A stretch of 19,264 nucleotides of DNA from Chlorokybus atmophyticus (Eukaryota; Plantae; Mesostigma and Chlorokybus algae): the NCBI GenBank assembly GCA_009103225.1, contig RHPI01000277.1, positions 1 through 19,264 of the forward strand. Direction: 5' to 3'. Positions 1 to 9,099 of the stretch are shown one piece after another (the first letter of the stretch is position 1; every line of letters begins with the position of its first letter). The notes below the pieces were generated by a model that made no database searches, was not told the origin of the DNA, and saw only the letters and a list, made by a program, of their open reading frames with translations. Both the position numbers and the translations under genes were made by a program.

Positions 1-552
1 GCCCACACCCTCTACAATAGCACCTTCAATTTTTGTCACCCAGCGCTTCCGGGCATTGGTTCTGAGAGCCATTGCAGCAAAGTCTGCTGCTGCAGTGCTG
101 CCGGGGCTGCTGCAAGCTGTGATGGCTGGTGTACAGAAAATGCGCAACATGTATGCACATGCACGACACATGCAATGGACCCAGCATCATGTCCACCTGC
201 AGTCAACACCGTTCATAGACCACCGGGCTACTGTCACTAGCTAACTTCACTACCTACTCTACCAACACCCTGTTAGCAGATAGCAGTAAGTACATGCATG
301 TAGTACCTGGCCACATGGGCTTGGTTAGTCGTTGTAAGTGTCAACAACATGCACATGAGCAGCAGCGACAACGACTCCCTCGCCCTCTCCTCCCCCTCCG
401 CCTCCCTGCGCTTCTGTTGCTTGCTGCGTCGCTATTTGCAGTGCGGTGCTGCATGCACCCTCGCAGTTCACGTCTGCAGTGCTGTGCGCACAGTGCTGCT
501 GGCACTTGGCATGTACCGCTCATGTGCTCCTGTGCAGTGCATGTTCTGGTTA

Positions 553-575
553 GGGTCGGGTTGGGTTGGGTTGGG
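553..575 (+). repeat. (GGGTT)n-like microsatellite, potential G-quadruplex
   Basis: GGG TC GGG TT GGG TT GGG TT GGG: five G3 runs with 2-nt loops. Confidence 0.75.
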
Positions 576-2000
576 TGGTGGTGTATGTGGGGCTGGGTCC
601 TGTGCTGGCCTTTGCACCCAACACACGTTACATCTGTGTTTGACGCGCTGCGCTGGCGGATGCATACGCAGGACCTCGTCCGGCTGGTTAGTGGACACCT
701 CAATTGGACTTATCGGCAGCTTTCATTGGCATATGTTGTGCATTGGTACACAACACGATCACACAATAGGTTGGGCTCAAGACTGTTGCGGTCGTGTCAC
801 GCGGTAGTAGTGTTGTCAACTGCAATCACGATTGTTTACTCTTGAAGGAGCCCACCGCTCTCCATTCCCTGCTGCCAGCAAAAACCGCAATCAGCCCTGC
901 TACAGTAGCACACCATGGTTATGTGTCGCTTATTGCACAGACAGTGCGTTTGTCACAACGCGGTGTAAGTGTGCGAGCAAGAATCGCTGTACAGTGCTGT
1001 ACTGCGTGTGAGTCCTGGAACTACTAGTATATACTGGTTGAATAGCTTACCTTTGCCAGAACCAGGCCGCCTAAGGACTACCTCACCTCGGCAGTGCTGC
1101 GCCTGATGAACTGTTCCTGAACAGCGTGTGTATGGATGTGTGCGTATGCTAGATACGGTGCACACACCCAGATGCGACTATCCACACACACTTTGCGTCT
1201 GCAGGCGTGCGCGCATGTGAGGCACAAAGGAGCGGTAAGGTGTGACAGAACAGGTATCCCTACACGCCGCAACGTCCACAAGGCAAACCATCAACGGCTG
1301 AGACCCCTGTCCGGCTCGGGCAGATGGTACATCCTTGTTGGTTGGGCTGACCACAGACGCAGCGCCGCGTTGCTGCATGTTGTCATGCAGGTGTTGGCAG
1401 GTGGAGACCTCGCAGCTGTGTTTAACCGAAAACACGCGATCATCGCAGTGCACGGGCAAGAGGGGCCTAGCGTAAGCAGCTACCGCAAGAGCGGTATTGG
1501 CTGGGATCATGCCTTCACATTCCATGTGTGCTCTTGGCGCATGCTGAAGTGAGCCGGCATGAGCAACAAAAGTCTGCGGCCACTCTGGACACAAGCAGCG
1601 TCAGCACTTGCAGAACCTGCTAGTGCTCATACTTTGCGCGAAGCAGCTCTCTCTCGTAACTGATGTTGGAACAGTGCATTCAGCTTTTGTACATAATCAT
1701 GGCGGCCATAGCAATGTCACGAGCATCGCAGCCTGCTCAGTCGTCATGATGATCTTTCACCTTGGGATGATGAAGCCGTGCCGGCATGCCGTGCAGTTGG
1801 CTGGGCCTCCTGTTGCATGTGAGAGAGAAAAAGACGTTGCCCCTGCAATGATGTTGCACGAAATAATGCCACAATGAGAACAAAGACACAAGCTTGCAGG
1901 GTGCTGTACTACCAGTTATAGCACTGCTTTGTAATACGAGAGTGCTGTCCATCATTAGTAGCACTAGCTATAGCAGCGGCAGTACTAGTACCGCCACTAC

Positions 2001-2032
2001 TAGCAGTAGTACGGGTACTAGTACTACTGCTA
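2001..2032. repeat. 12-bp hairpin inside an ACT/AGT/AGC-rich low-complexity tract (~1955-2075)
   Basis: TAGCAGTAGTAC (2001-2012) / GTACTACTGCTA (2021-2032). Confidence 0.8.
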
Positions 2033-2161
2033 CCACTGCTACGACTACTAGCATTACTACATTACTACGGGCCGCGGGCATGCAATGCGTTCCCCGCACT
2101 TGAGCAAGAGCTCCACACAAGTGCGAGGAGCGCAGTGCAAACTGTGCTTGTACACAAGAAT

Positions 2162-2183
2162 CCCCCCCCCCCCCCCNGGGGGG
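2162..2183. other. Probable contig join at a homopolymer (C15-N-G6)
   Basis: A single N sits between a C run and a G run, so local sequence and orientation may be unreliable. Confidence 0.7.
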
Positions 2184-2230
2184 AGGCGGGTTATGACTGT
2201 GTGCGGACATGGAGAGAGTGCACAGATTAC

Positions 2231-2270
2231 GCGTGCGTGCGTGCGTGCATGCGTGCGTGCGTGCGTGCGT
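2231..2270 (+). repeat. (GCGT)10 microsatellite with one substitution
   Basis: gcgtgcgtgcgtgcgtgcatgcgtgcgtgcgtgcgtgcgt. Confidence 0.95.
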
Positions 2271-3029
2271 GTTAACAGTGCGCTGCTACTACGAGCAGTT
2301 CTACCCCTAGTAGTGCCTGCACACCTGGGAAGTGGTCCAGTCGAGATAATCTTCAGTAGTGTCGCACAGTTGTAACGCCGAACAGCCTCCCATCACGACT
2401 CCTCCGTGCCAAGCGACTTTGAGCGCTTCCCATGAAGCTGGTGGGAGGACCTGCTGCAGATGCGAAGGACGGCGGGAAGGAAGCAGCAGCCTGCAGAGAC
2501 TCCCTGTGTGTGATGCGACTCAAATCAGCAAGCACCATGCAGCATGAGCAGTGTTGCTTTCTGTGCTCATGCATGTGCTACAGCTTGTCACCTCGCATGG
2601 TGCGCAATGGCCTTCCTGAACGCTTTGTCTGCGCCATCCAGTCGCAGAAGTTTTTGAAATTTGAGTGCAAGTGCAAGAGGGGCCTCGAGTGATTCACCAA
2701 AACTTCAGAGCGCTACCAGGTTCGGTGTCCACCATTGTTGACAGCGCGTAAGCAGTTGTTTTGTATGATGTTAGCCAATGTACGCATCAACAACAAGGCT
2801 ACACAAGGCCTGAAGCCTGCGTCAACTGTCATCTGCACAGAAATGTAACAAACGTGCAACCATGTTGTTGACAGGTTCTGCATTGCACCTCCAGCTTGCA
2901 GTGTCCAAGAACATTCATCCGGCTTGGTGAGCCCAAGCACTGCGTATATCCACCACACGCAACCAGTGGCTAATCCCAAATGCATACCCTGAGCGCGGTC
3001 GCACACCTTCAAACAGCTGTGTTGTATGC

Positions 3030-3226
3030 CACCTCAGCAGCACCTACCACAGTGGTGTGCGCTACAGTTAGCTGCCGCTGAGCCACAGTCTTCAGCTTTC
3101 AAAGTTCAACAAGTTGCCTGCCGTCGGACACCTCAGAACTGAAGCTTTGTTGGACGCCTTAGCACACACAACACAGTAGTGCTACAGTCAGCTGCCGTCG
3201 AGCTACAGTTTGCTGCTTTCAAAGCT
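3030..3226 (+). repeat. Local imperfect tandem duplication, period 120 bp
   Basis: GCTACAGTTAGCTGCCG..AGCCACAGT..GCTTTCAAAG from 3061 vs GCTACAGTCAGCTGCCG..AGCTACAGT..GCTTTCAAAG from 3181. CACCTCAG is also repeated (~3030, ~3129). Confidence 0.85.
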
Positions 3227-3800
3227 GCCCTCTATAAATGCAGCTACACATAACACCACTCAAGTGGTAGTCGCTGCGCTAGTCACTGTCAAGCAACGAC
3301 AGTTTTGCAAAGCTCACTTCATCCGCTGATTGGTCATATGGCTGCCGCAGCGGCGCGCGGCCTCTAGGCTCAGCCTAACCATGAATACTGTGTGCCTGTG
3401 GAAGCGGAAAACAGTTGTCTTACAGGTTCTGCCTTCAGAATGTTGCAACTGTGTGTCACACAGTGTGGGCTGCCGGTTGTGCGGCAGTGCAGCAAGGTCA
3501 CCTGACTCGGTGACCTTACCCCACTGCAGTGGCACTGCACAAGGTGAACTTATCGCACATGTGCACGCGAAGTAAGTGTCAGCGCACAGTGTGTGCCACG
3601 AACTGCGCCCCCCCTCCCCCCCCCTTTCCCCCCGAGTGACCACTACATAGGTACACGGCACAGTCACAGCGCTGCTGACTATCACATGCTCATTTCTCAC
3701 ATCTCACACCACGTCAATCAAGCGCAAGCCATTCCCATTGTGTGTTGACCAAAACACAACGAGCATGGCAGCTTGCCAAGGCGTGCTGTATTGTGCGCAG

Positions 3801-3995
3801 GGAATGGGAGCAGACTCACTGCCGAATTGCCAGACAGCCCTTAAAGCACCGCTCGACCCAACAGCTGTACAAAGTCTCAGCAGCAACATGCAGCTGGCTA
3901 CCCATGCTATCCATGCTGCTCAGCACTACCTTGAGCTGCTCCTCACCCATCTTGTGGCCCTGCCCACCGCCGCCTTCGACCACCTCCAAACATAA
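3801..3995 (+). pseudogene. Terminal coding segment just upstream of the conserved motif (possible last exon), copy 0
   Basis: Follows a possible acceptor (GCGCAG at 3795-3800) and reads GMGADSLPNCQTALKAPLDPTAVQSLSSNMQLATHAIHAAQHYLELLLTHLVALPTAAFDHLQT*. LLLTHLVA is homologous to LLHTQLVAC (9574-9600) and LRLTQLVAC (17207-17233). Confidence 0.45.
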
Positions 3996-4216
3996 ACAAA
4001 GCTGCGTCTCAAGCTGTGAGCGCAATAGAGTGAGACAAAAGCCAGCTGCTAGTTGCCAAGTTGAGAGATCGCCACACTCAGTGCAGTGAGTGGCGAACTG
4101 CCGCAGCGCGCAAGCGAAGCTTGCGATTTAGGGTTTAGCCTACTGCCCTTGGGGACGACCGTGGCGTGGTGACGTGACGCGACGGGCTCAATAGTCAATA
4201 AGTTAAGTGCTGGCGA

Positions 4217-4396
4217 CAGCGACTTGCCCTCTGCTCATGATGCGACGTCGAACTGATCATCTTGTTATGATTTTGGCCGCGTGAAGCTCAAACAAAGGGG
4301 CAGACGCGGTACGCAGAGATTTAACACAGCCATAACTTGCGCAGCTAGGCAGGCAGAAAAGCATAGAAAAGGGCAGTAGTAGGCTGTCACAGCTGA
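4217..4396. other. Conserved non-coding, potentially structured element, copy 1
   Basis: CAGCGACTTGCCCT 4217-4230; CACAGCCATAACTTGCGCAGCTAGGCA 4325-4351; GGGCAGT 4371-4377; GGCTGT 4382-4387 (complementary to ACAGCC); AGCT 4391-4394. Confidence 0.75.
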
Positions 4397-4838
4397 ACAA
4401 AGTGTGTAGGATGGACTAAAGAAGGCTCACGGTGCGAGTCTGGTGTGTCCAGCCAATATGCCCAAACACGGTGTAGCAGCATAGCATAGTGGGCGGCGAT
4501 GTCGTTGCGCGGTCATCATTGTCCGTGTGGGTAACGGTGGGGACGCCCGGTGCTCTGCCGGGCGCAGGCGGAAAGCTACGCGCCAGCGCTGGAGGTCGTG
4601 TTGGCCGCCGTGGATGTGTCCATGCTTGTGAGGTGCGTCAAGAGCTTGTCGCTGTCTCACTGACTTGCAGCCTGTCTGTATTTACACTGTGCACTGAGCT
4701 CAGCATTGACATGCTCCCAACCTCGTATATGATGTATATGATGCTGTAAGCAGTTGTTTGCAGCTACAACCCTCGCATGGAGCACTGAGTGACAATTGGG
4801 CATGTCCCATCGAGGCTTTTAGTCTAGAGTAGAGACCA

Positions 4839-4883
4839 AGGCTGCCTCAGCCCTGCTTTCATCAGGTAGGGCTGAGGCAGCCT
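4839..4883. repeat. Perfect 16-bp inverted repeat (hairpin), specific to copy 1
   Basis: AGGCTGCCTCAGCCCT (4839-4854) / AGGGCTGAGGCAGCCT (4868-4883). Confidence 0.9.
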
Positions 4884-7275
4884 GCTCATTATCAGCAAGC
4901 ATCTAATTCATGCCAAAGCTGAGGACCACCTATTCTCACTCATCGCGCCTGAGGTAGTGATGATTGAGAAGGCTCACCTAGCTTTGCCCACTCCTCCTTA
5001 CCAGCCACAGCGGTTGCATGGCTGCCAGAGTCAGGCTGCATGTGTTCATGTTGAGTCTAGACTCCACATCAACACATGCACGGAGGTCTCCGTGCGTGCT
5101 GCTGGTCATTGTGCTATGCACCTTCACGCATGCGCAGTGCGTGTACATGAGAAGCAGGGCATGCACCTTGACATAAAGAAGACACTGTCCTGAGGTCTTG
5201 GGTACGCCACACTCGCAGCACACAGAGTGGCGGCAATGACACGCAAGATTGTTCACAGTCATTAGACTCTGCCAGCTTACTGGCTTGCAGTGACAATGGT
5301 CAAGTCCAGTTCGAGGAGCCAGTTCCAAACCTCCATCAGTTCATTCTGCCTGCAACTGCTGTTTGCTGCTGCCCTGATCAACACCATGTTTGTCTGGCAG
5401 GCTGTGTGCATGTATGCGCGCAATGCGTGCAGTGCGCATGTGCGCGTTCACCTGCGCATGCGTGCACCTTTGTAGGTGAGTATAAGAAAGCAAGACTTTC
5501 TTATTCACTGCTCGCTGAGCACAGTGCACGCTCTCTGCTCAGGGTTCAGCTACAATGGGCTGGTCAGTCCTTAAAAAGCTTGTCGTATGGGCAAAAGTCC
5601 CTCGCAATGTGCCGGGTTGGCCTCAAATTGCAGCATGTGAGAAGAACGAGTGTGTAATTAACCTGGCGGTTTCATCACAGGCAAATAACCTTAGGCCTGC
5701 GCAGGCCAAAGCTCACGCTTGCACATGTACACCAGCCAGGCTTACGTGGTATGCTTGTTCATGACGTCCAAGTGACAATGACGGCTGACACTTGTGCACG
5801 CAGGGTCATACCATATCCACCTGTTCCAGCCTGTACCAGTTGTTGCACAACCGCGCATGTATCGACACTAGCGTGAATGACTGCCATACATAACGGCTTG
5901 CCAAAGATATGACGTTTTCACAAACCATGACTCATGTCACTGCATGACAGTTGCTGTTGCCGTGCCTGGACAAGCATGGTGCCTGCAGGTGATGCAGCAT
6001 GCGTGGGTGGATGGACATGCACACGCTGTCATGCAGATGCAGCGTCAACACATGGTCTGGTAAGAGCTGGCTGTGGCACACCATCTAGTCCATACTGCGC
6101 ATCTTGTTACAATTGCTGTGCTAGCAGTGTTCTTGTAAACAGGAAGACATGTGGCTTGCGTGTGATTGTCCTCGCGGACAAGCATCTATCGCCCATTACA
6201 GTACCATGTCAGTAGTGCAATGAATTCTTTCTTGCTGTATATATGTATGCCTAACCAACATCAACAGGACGTGCCTGATTGGACCAAGGAGTGCTACCAG
6301 CTGACCTGCTGGTTTTGCTTAACAACACTGCGGGACCACTACCTTGTGATCACGTTCACGCGACAGCATGATCTTGCTGGTGGGTTGTCACGTCTTGCCT
6401 GTGAAGTTGTCAATCAAGGCTGCTGACTTGTTCGGAATGGCCACCCTGTTACCCTCTTTGCAGGGTGAAGGGTGTGGGAAGCCGCCAACTTGTAGACGGG
6501 TCGAGGACGTCCCAGCACATGCGATAGGTGAGAGATGACCCCGAGCTGAGGTCAAAGCACACTTGCAAGTCACCTCGGTAAGTATGCCTTGCCTGTGACC
6601 AATGAATAAGGGTTGCAGTGAATACACAGGCGCGCGATGAAAGCGTGCGGGGCTGAGGCTGAGGCTGAGGCTTCACATGCTGACAAGCGCATGACATGTG
6701 ATAAGTCCTCCGCATGCACTCATGACAAAGTTCGTTAGCGTGCACCCTTGACCATATTGCATCTGTGCTGTCAGCGCAAGGCGTGGAACATACGCTTCTC
6801 ACAAACTGTTGCTGCTGCCATCGTGACAATAACACTGTGGTGACCATCAAGGCTTGCATATGTCTTGGCACAGCGGCATCTCGCAGCATTGTGCACTGGT
6901 GCTTCGAGGTGACTTTACCAAATGTCATTACACTGGACCCTGTGCATGTGCGCAGACCATGTCACCCGATGTGGTCAGTTCATGGGCATGAAATGCATCC
7001 TGTAGCAGATTGTCAGTCCGACCGCCTGTACGTGCCGCAGTACGAGCGCCTTGTGCTAATGTTGTTGAAAAAGGACCGGATGGTGTTGTCTTGAACTGCA
7101 GGTGGTGAATATTGCTTCGGTGGTTGAGGCATTGCGTACAGGCTCCCGCTTCGCCTGTGCGCACGCCTCTCGGGGCACTGCTGGGCACCAATGAGTGGCA
7201 CTCAGAAGCTACAACCCAGGGAGCAAGGAAGATTGGCCTCTCCTGGACGGTTGCCGAAGGCAGTACCAAGGCCCT

Positions 7276-7300
7276 TCTATCGCCAGCGGCTGGCGATAGA
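7276..7300. repeat. Perfect 12-bp palindrome with a 1-nt centre
   Basis: TCTATCGCCAGC-G-GCTGGCGATAGA. Confidence 0.85.
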
Positions 7301-8124
7301 GCGGCACGAACAACCGACAGCGGCATGAACGGTATTGGGGAGTCTGATGCGACAGCAGCAAGTCAATTCCTTAGCTGGTGACTTACCAGCTACTGGAAGT
7401 ACGTTACTCATGATTTTCTGGACAAGCTTCTGCGTAACCCGCATGCGTCCTAGGGTGAGGCAGTCTTCGTTGCTGCCATTCAATCGAATTGTGGATGCTT
7501 CTGTCCAAAGCATGTCATAACACTTGCGGCACGGGCTTGGTGTTGGGAAGAGGGCTCAAGCAGGTTGGCTTGTACATAAGGTGGTCTGGTGCGCATGTGT
7601 TAACAAGCTGACATTGTTGCATGCCGGTGGTTCAATGCTGGGTGAGGTGAGGAACATGTGGCGGTTGAGAAAGGTTGACTGACATTGTTACGTGGTTGTG
7701 GCGTCGCACACTTCGGTCATCACTGTATTGGTGCCTCGGTTGTGCTGATTTTTGACAAAATCGGGGCTTGATTGCCGAGGTGATTGATTCAGTAGAGTTG
7801 GGTTGCGGATGTCAGGTAGTCAAGTTGGCTTGTGGTGACTCTATAGGAATGCATTGCGGTCTGTGCCTTCACATCTTTTGTGTTGGGGTTCGATAAAATT
7901 GCCTTGCGTAACTGCGAAGACAAGACAACAAGGAGTAAGGTCTACGCCACCGATGTACACCTCACCAGCGTATTGGTCCAATGAGTAAAGCCATTGCTGC
8001 AGCACCGTTGCCACCTGAACTGCAGATGGCTATCACGCTTGCTCAGGGCTGATTTGCACGCTGTCTGAACAACCGCTTAGCGTGCGCTTGCATGTATGGG
8101 CGTGCATATGCGTGGGGGAGGGGG

Positions 8125-8358
8125 NNNNNNNNNNNNNNNNNNNNNNNNNNNNNNNNNNNNNNNNNNNNNNNNNNNNNNNNNNNNNNNNNNNNNNNNNNNN
8201 NNNNNNNNNNNNNNNNNNNNNNNNNNNNNNNNNNNNNNNNNNNNNNNNNNNNNNNNNNNNNNNNNNNNNNNNNNNNNNNNNNNNNNNNNNNNNNNNNNNN
8301 NNNNNNNNNNNNNNNNNNNNNNNNNNNNNNNNNNNNNNNNNNNNNNNNNNNNNNNNNN
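8125..8358. other. Assembly gap (234 N) flanked by G homopolymers
   Basis: Run of N preceded by GGGGGAGGGGG and followed by G9. The X-filled ORFs across it are artefacts. Confidence 0.99.
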
Positions 8359-9099
8359 GGGGGGGGGCACTCTTTGTCCAGTCATTGTATTTGATGGAAG
8401 CGACACTTGTTTGTTTTTAGCTTGCATGAGGCGTCATGAGCGCTACGCCTGACAGGTGCGGCGAGTGCCACAAGCGGCTTGATGGACAGTGTCATGGGGT
8501 GAGTAGCAGCAAATGACACATGCTACATGATGCTCATCCTTTGCCTGACTCGCACCTCAATAGTAGTACACACGAGTGTCGTACAAGTGGTTATTATGAC
8601 TACGCTTGCTTATATGCACGCCCTGGCGGGGAGGAGGCATTGGTGGTTGCAGATGTAGAGATATTCTAGTGTGAGAAGTGGTAAGCTAGCCCAGCAATGC
8701 CCTATTAACGGAGCTGTGCCGTGTGCCATGTGATTACCACGCATGTCATGTATGCTACGTGTGACATTGTTTGGTAGCATGCCATTGCCATCTATGCTAT
8801 GTGATGTATGCTATGTGTGGCATTTTCTTTTGTACACACCAATGTTTACACTCTGTTAGTACACGCTACCATTGATTTCGAATCTAATGAATTAACTATA
8901 TCATGAACTGACAAGTGTTGTTTACTTCAGCGCGCGTGGGTCGCACTGCAATATAAATGTAAGCTTTAAACTGAGTTGCTAAGCTATGTGCGAATGTCAA
9001 TTCATTTTATAGCCTCATGCATGTAGCATAGCATAGCATAGCTATGCTAGATGAAATGTAACCGTTTGCACCACAACGTACTCTAAGGAAGATCGGCCT

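Larger units (their letters stand above)
620..2692 (+). pseudogene. Decayed or possibly intron-split coding fragments (3' portion of unit), copy 0
   Basis: Protein-like segments: VFDALRWRMHTQDLVRLVSGHLNWTYRQLSLAYVVHWY (~645-760), VLAGGDLAAVFNRKHAII..SGIGWDHAF (~1390-1520), LLRAVL 2286-2303 and SWWEDLLQMRR (~2438-2470). Several have synonymous-type matches in copies 1 and 2 (GIGW 15111; LLRSVL 9251; DVLRVRR ~16338). Confidence 0.45.
1..4140 (+). repeat. Copy 0 (3' part only) of a diverged ~7.8-kb tandem repeat unit; boundaries approximate
   Basis: Colinear matches to the 3' part of copy 2: GGT ATT GGC TGG 1493-1504 vs GGC ATT GGT TGG 15111-15122; aactgatgtt..aaca ~1658 vs ~16125; gcccttaa/ccaacagct ~3837-3866 vs ~16897-16930; LLLTHLVA 3936-3959 vs LRLTQLVAC 17207-17233. 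Also a weaker match of 56-128 to 7972-8030. Confidence 0.7.
4489..8050 (+). pseudogene. Decayed coding region (5' portion of unit), copy 1; protein family not recognised
   Basis: Peptides shared with other copies, with synonymous changes: HACEVRQEL (from 4621), VTIGHVP 4789-4809, LIHAKAED 4903-4926, LFAAALIN (~5360), WPQIAA (~5618), WHSGI 6866-6880 (TGG CAC AGC GGC ATC vs TGG CAT AGT GGC ATT in copy 2), AQTMSP (~6951). The frame switches repeatedly and contains stops. Ends are approximate. Confidence 0.6.

Noticed and set aside
1050-1080. RPGSGKG Walker-A-like string on the minus strand
   Set aside because: It is opposite to the strand carrying the codon-conservation signal, has no Walker B, and is not seen in other copies.
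1103-1125. CTGATGA followed by a small hairpin (hammerhead-like); also CTGAGGA..GAAA on the minus strand near 10375-10400
   Set aside because: The first has no GAAA core or stems I/III. The second lacks a proper stem II and is not conserved in the other copies.
1369-1410. LLHVVMQVLAGGDL resembling protein-kinase subdomain V
   Set aside because: No HRD, DFG or APE motifs follow at a plausible spacing.
4127-4140. TTTAGGG telomere-like repeat
   Set aside because: Only one exact unit plus a partial one; not an array.
4324-4396. Assignment of the conserved motif as an HDV-like or twister ribozyme
   Set aside because: The pseudoknot topology is reminiscent, but the P3/L3 size, P1.1 GG and J4/2 of HDV-like ribozymes and the twister L4 loop are not present on either strand.
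4633-4670. Conserved mini-intron-like signal GAG|GTGCGT...CTGAC..GCAG (also 10138-10182 and 17879-17914; 38, 45 and 36 nt)
   Set aside because: Splicing gives an in-frame stop within 2-8 codons in all three copies. The unspliced reading gives a conserved peptide (EVRxELxVAVSLTGSL) with synonymous variation, so coding conservation explains the signal better. Not fully excluded.
8077-8452. ORF-track entries spanning the N gap
   Set aside because: Artefacts of translating Ns.
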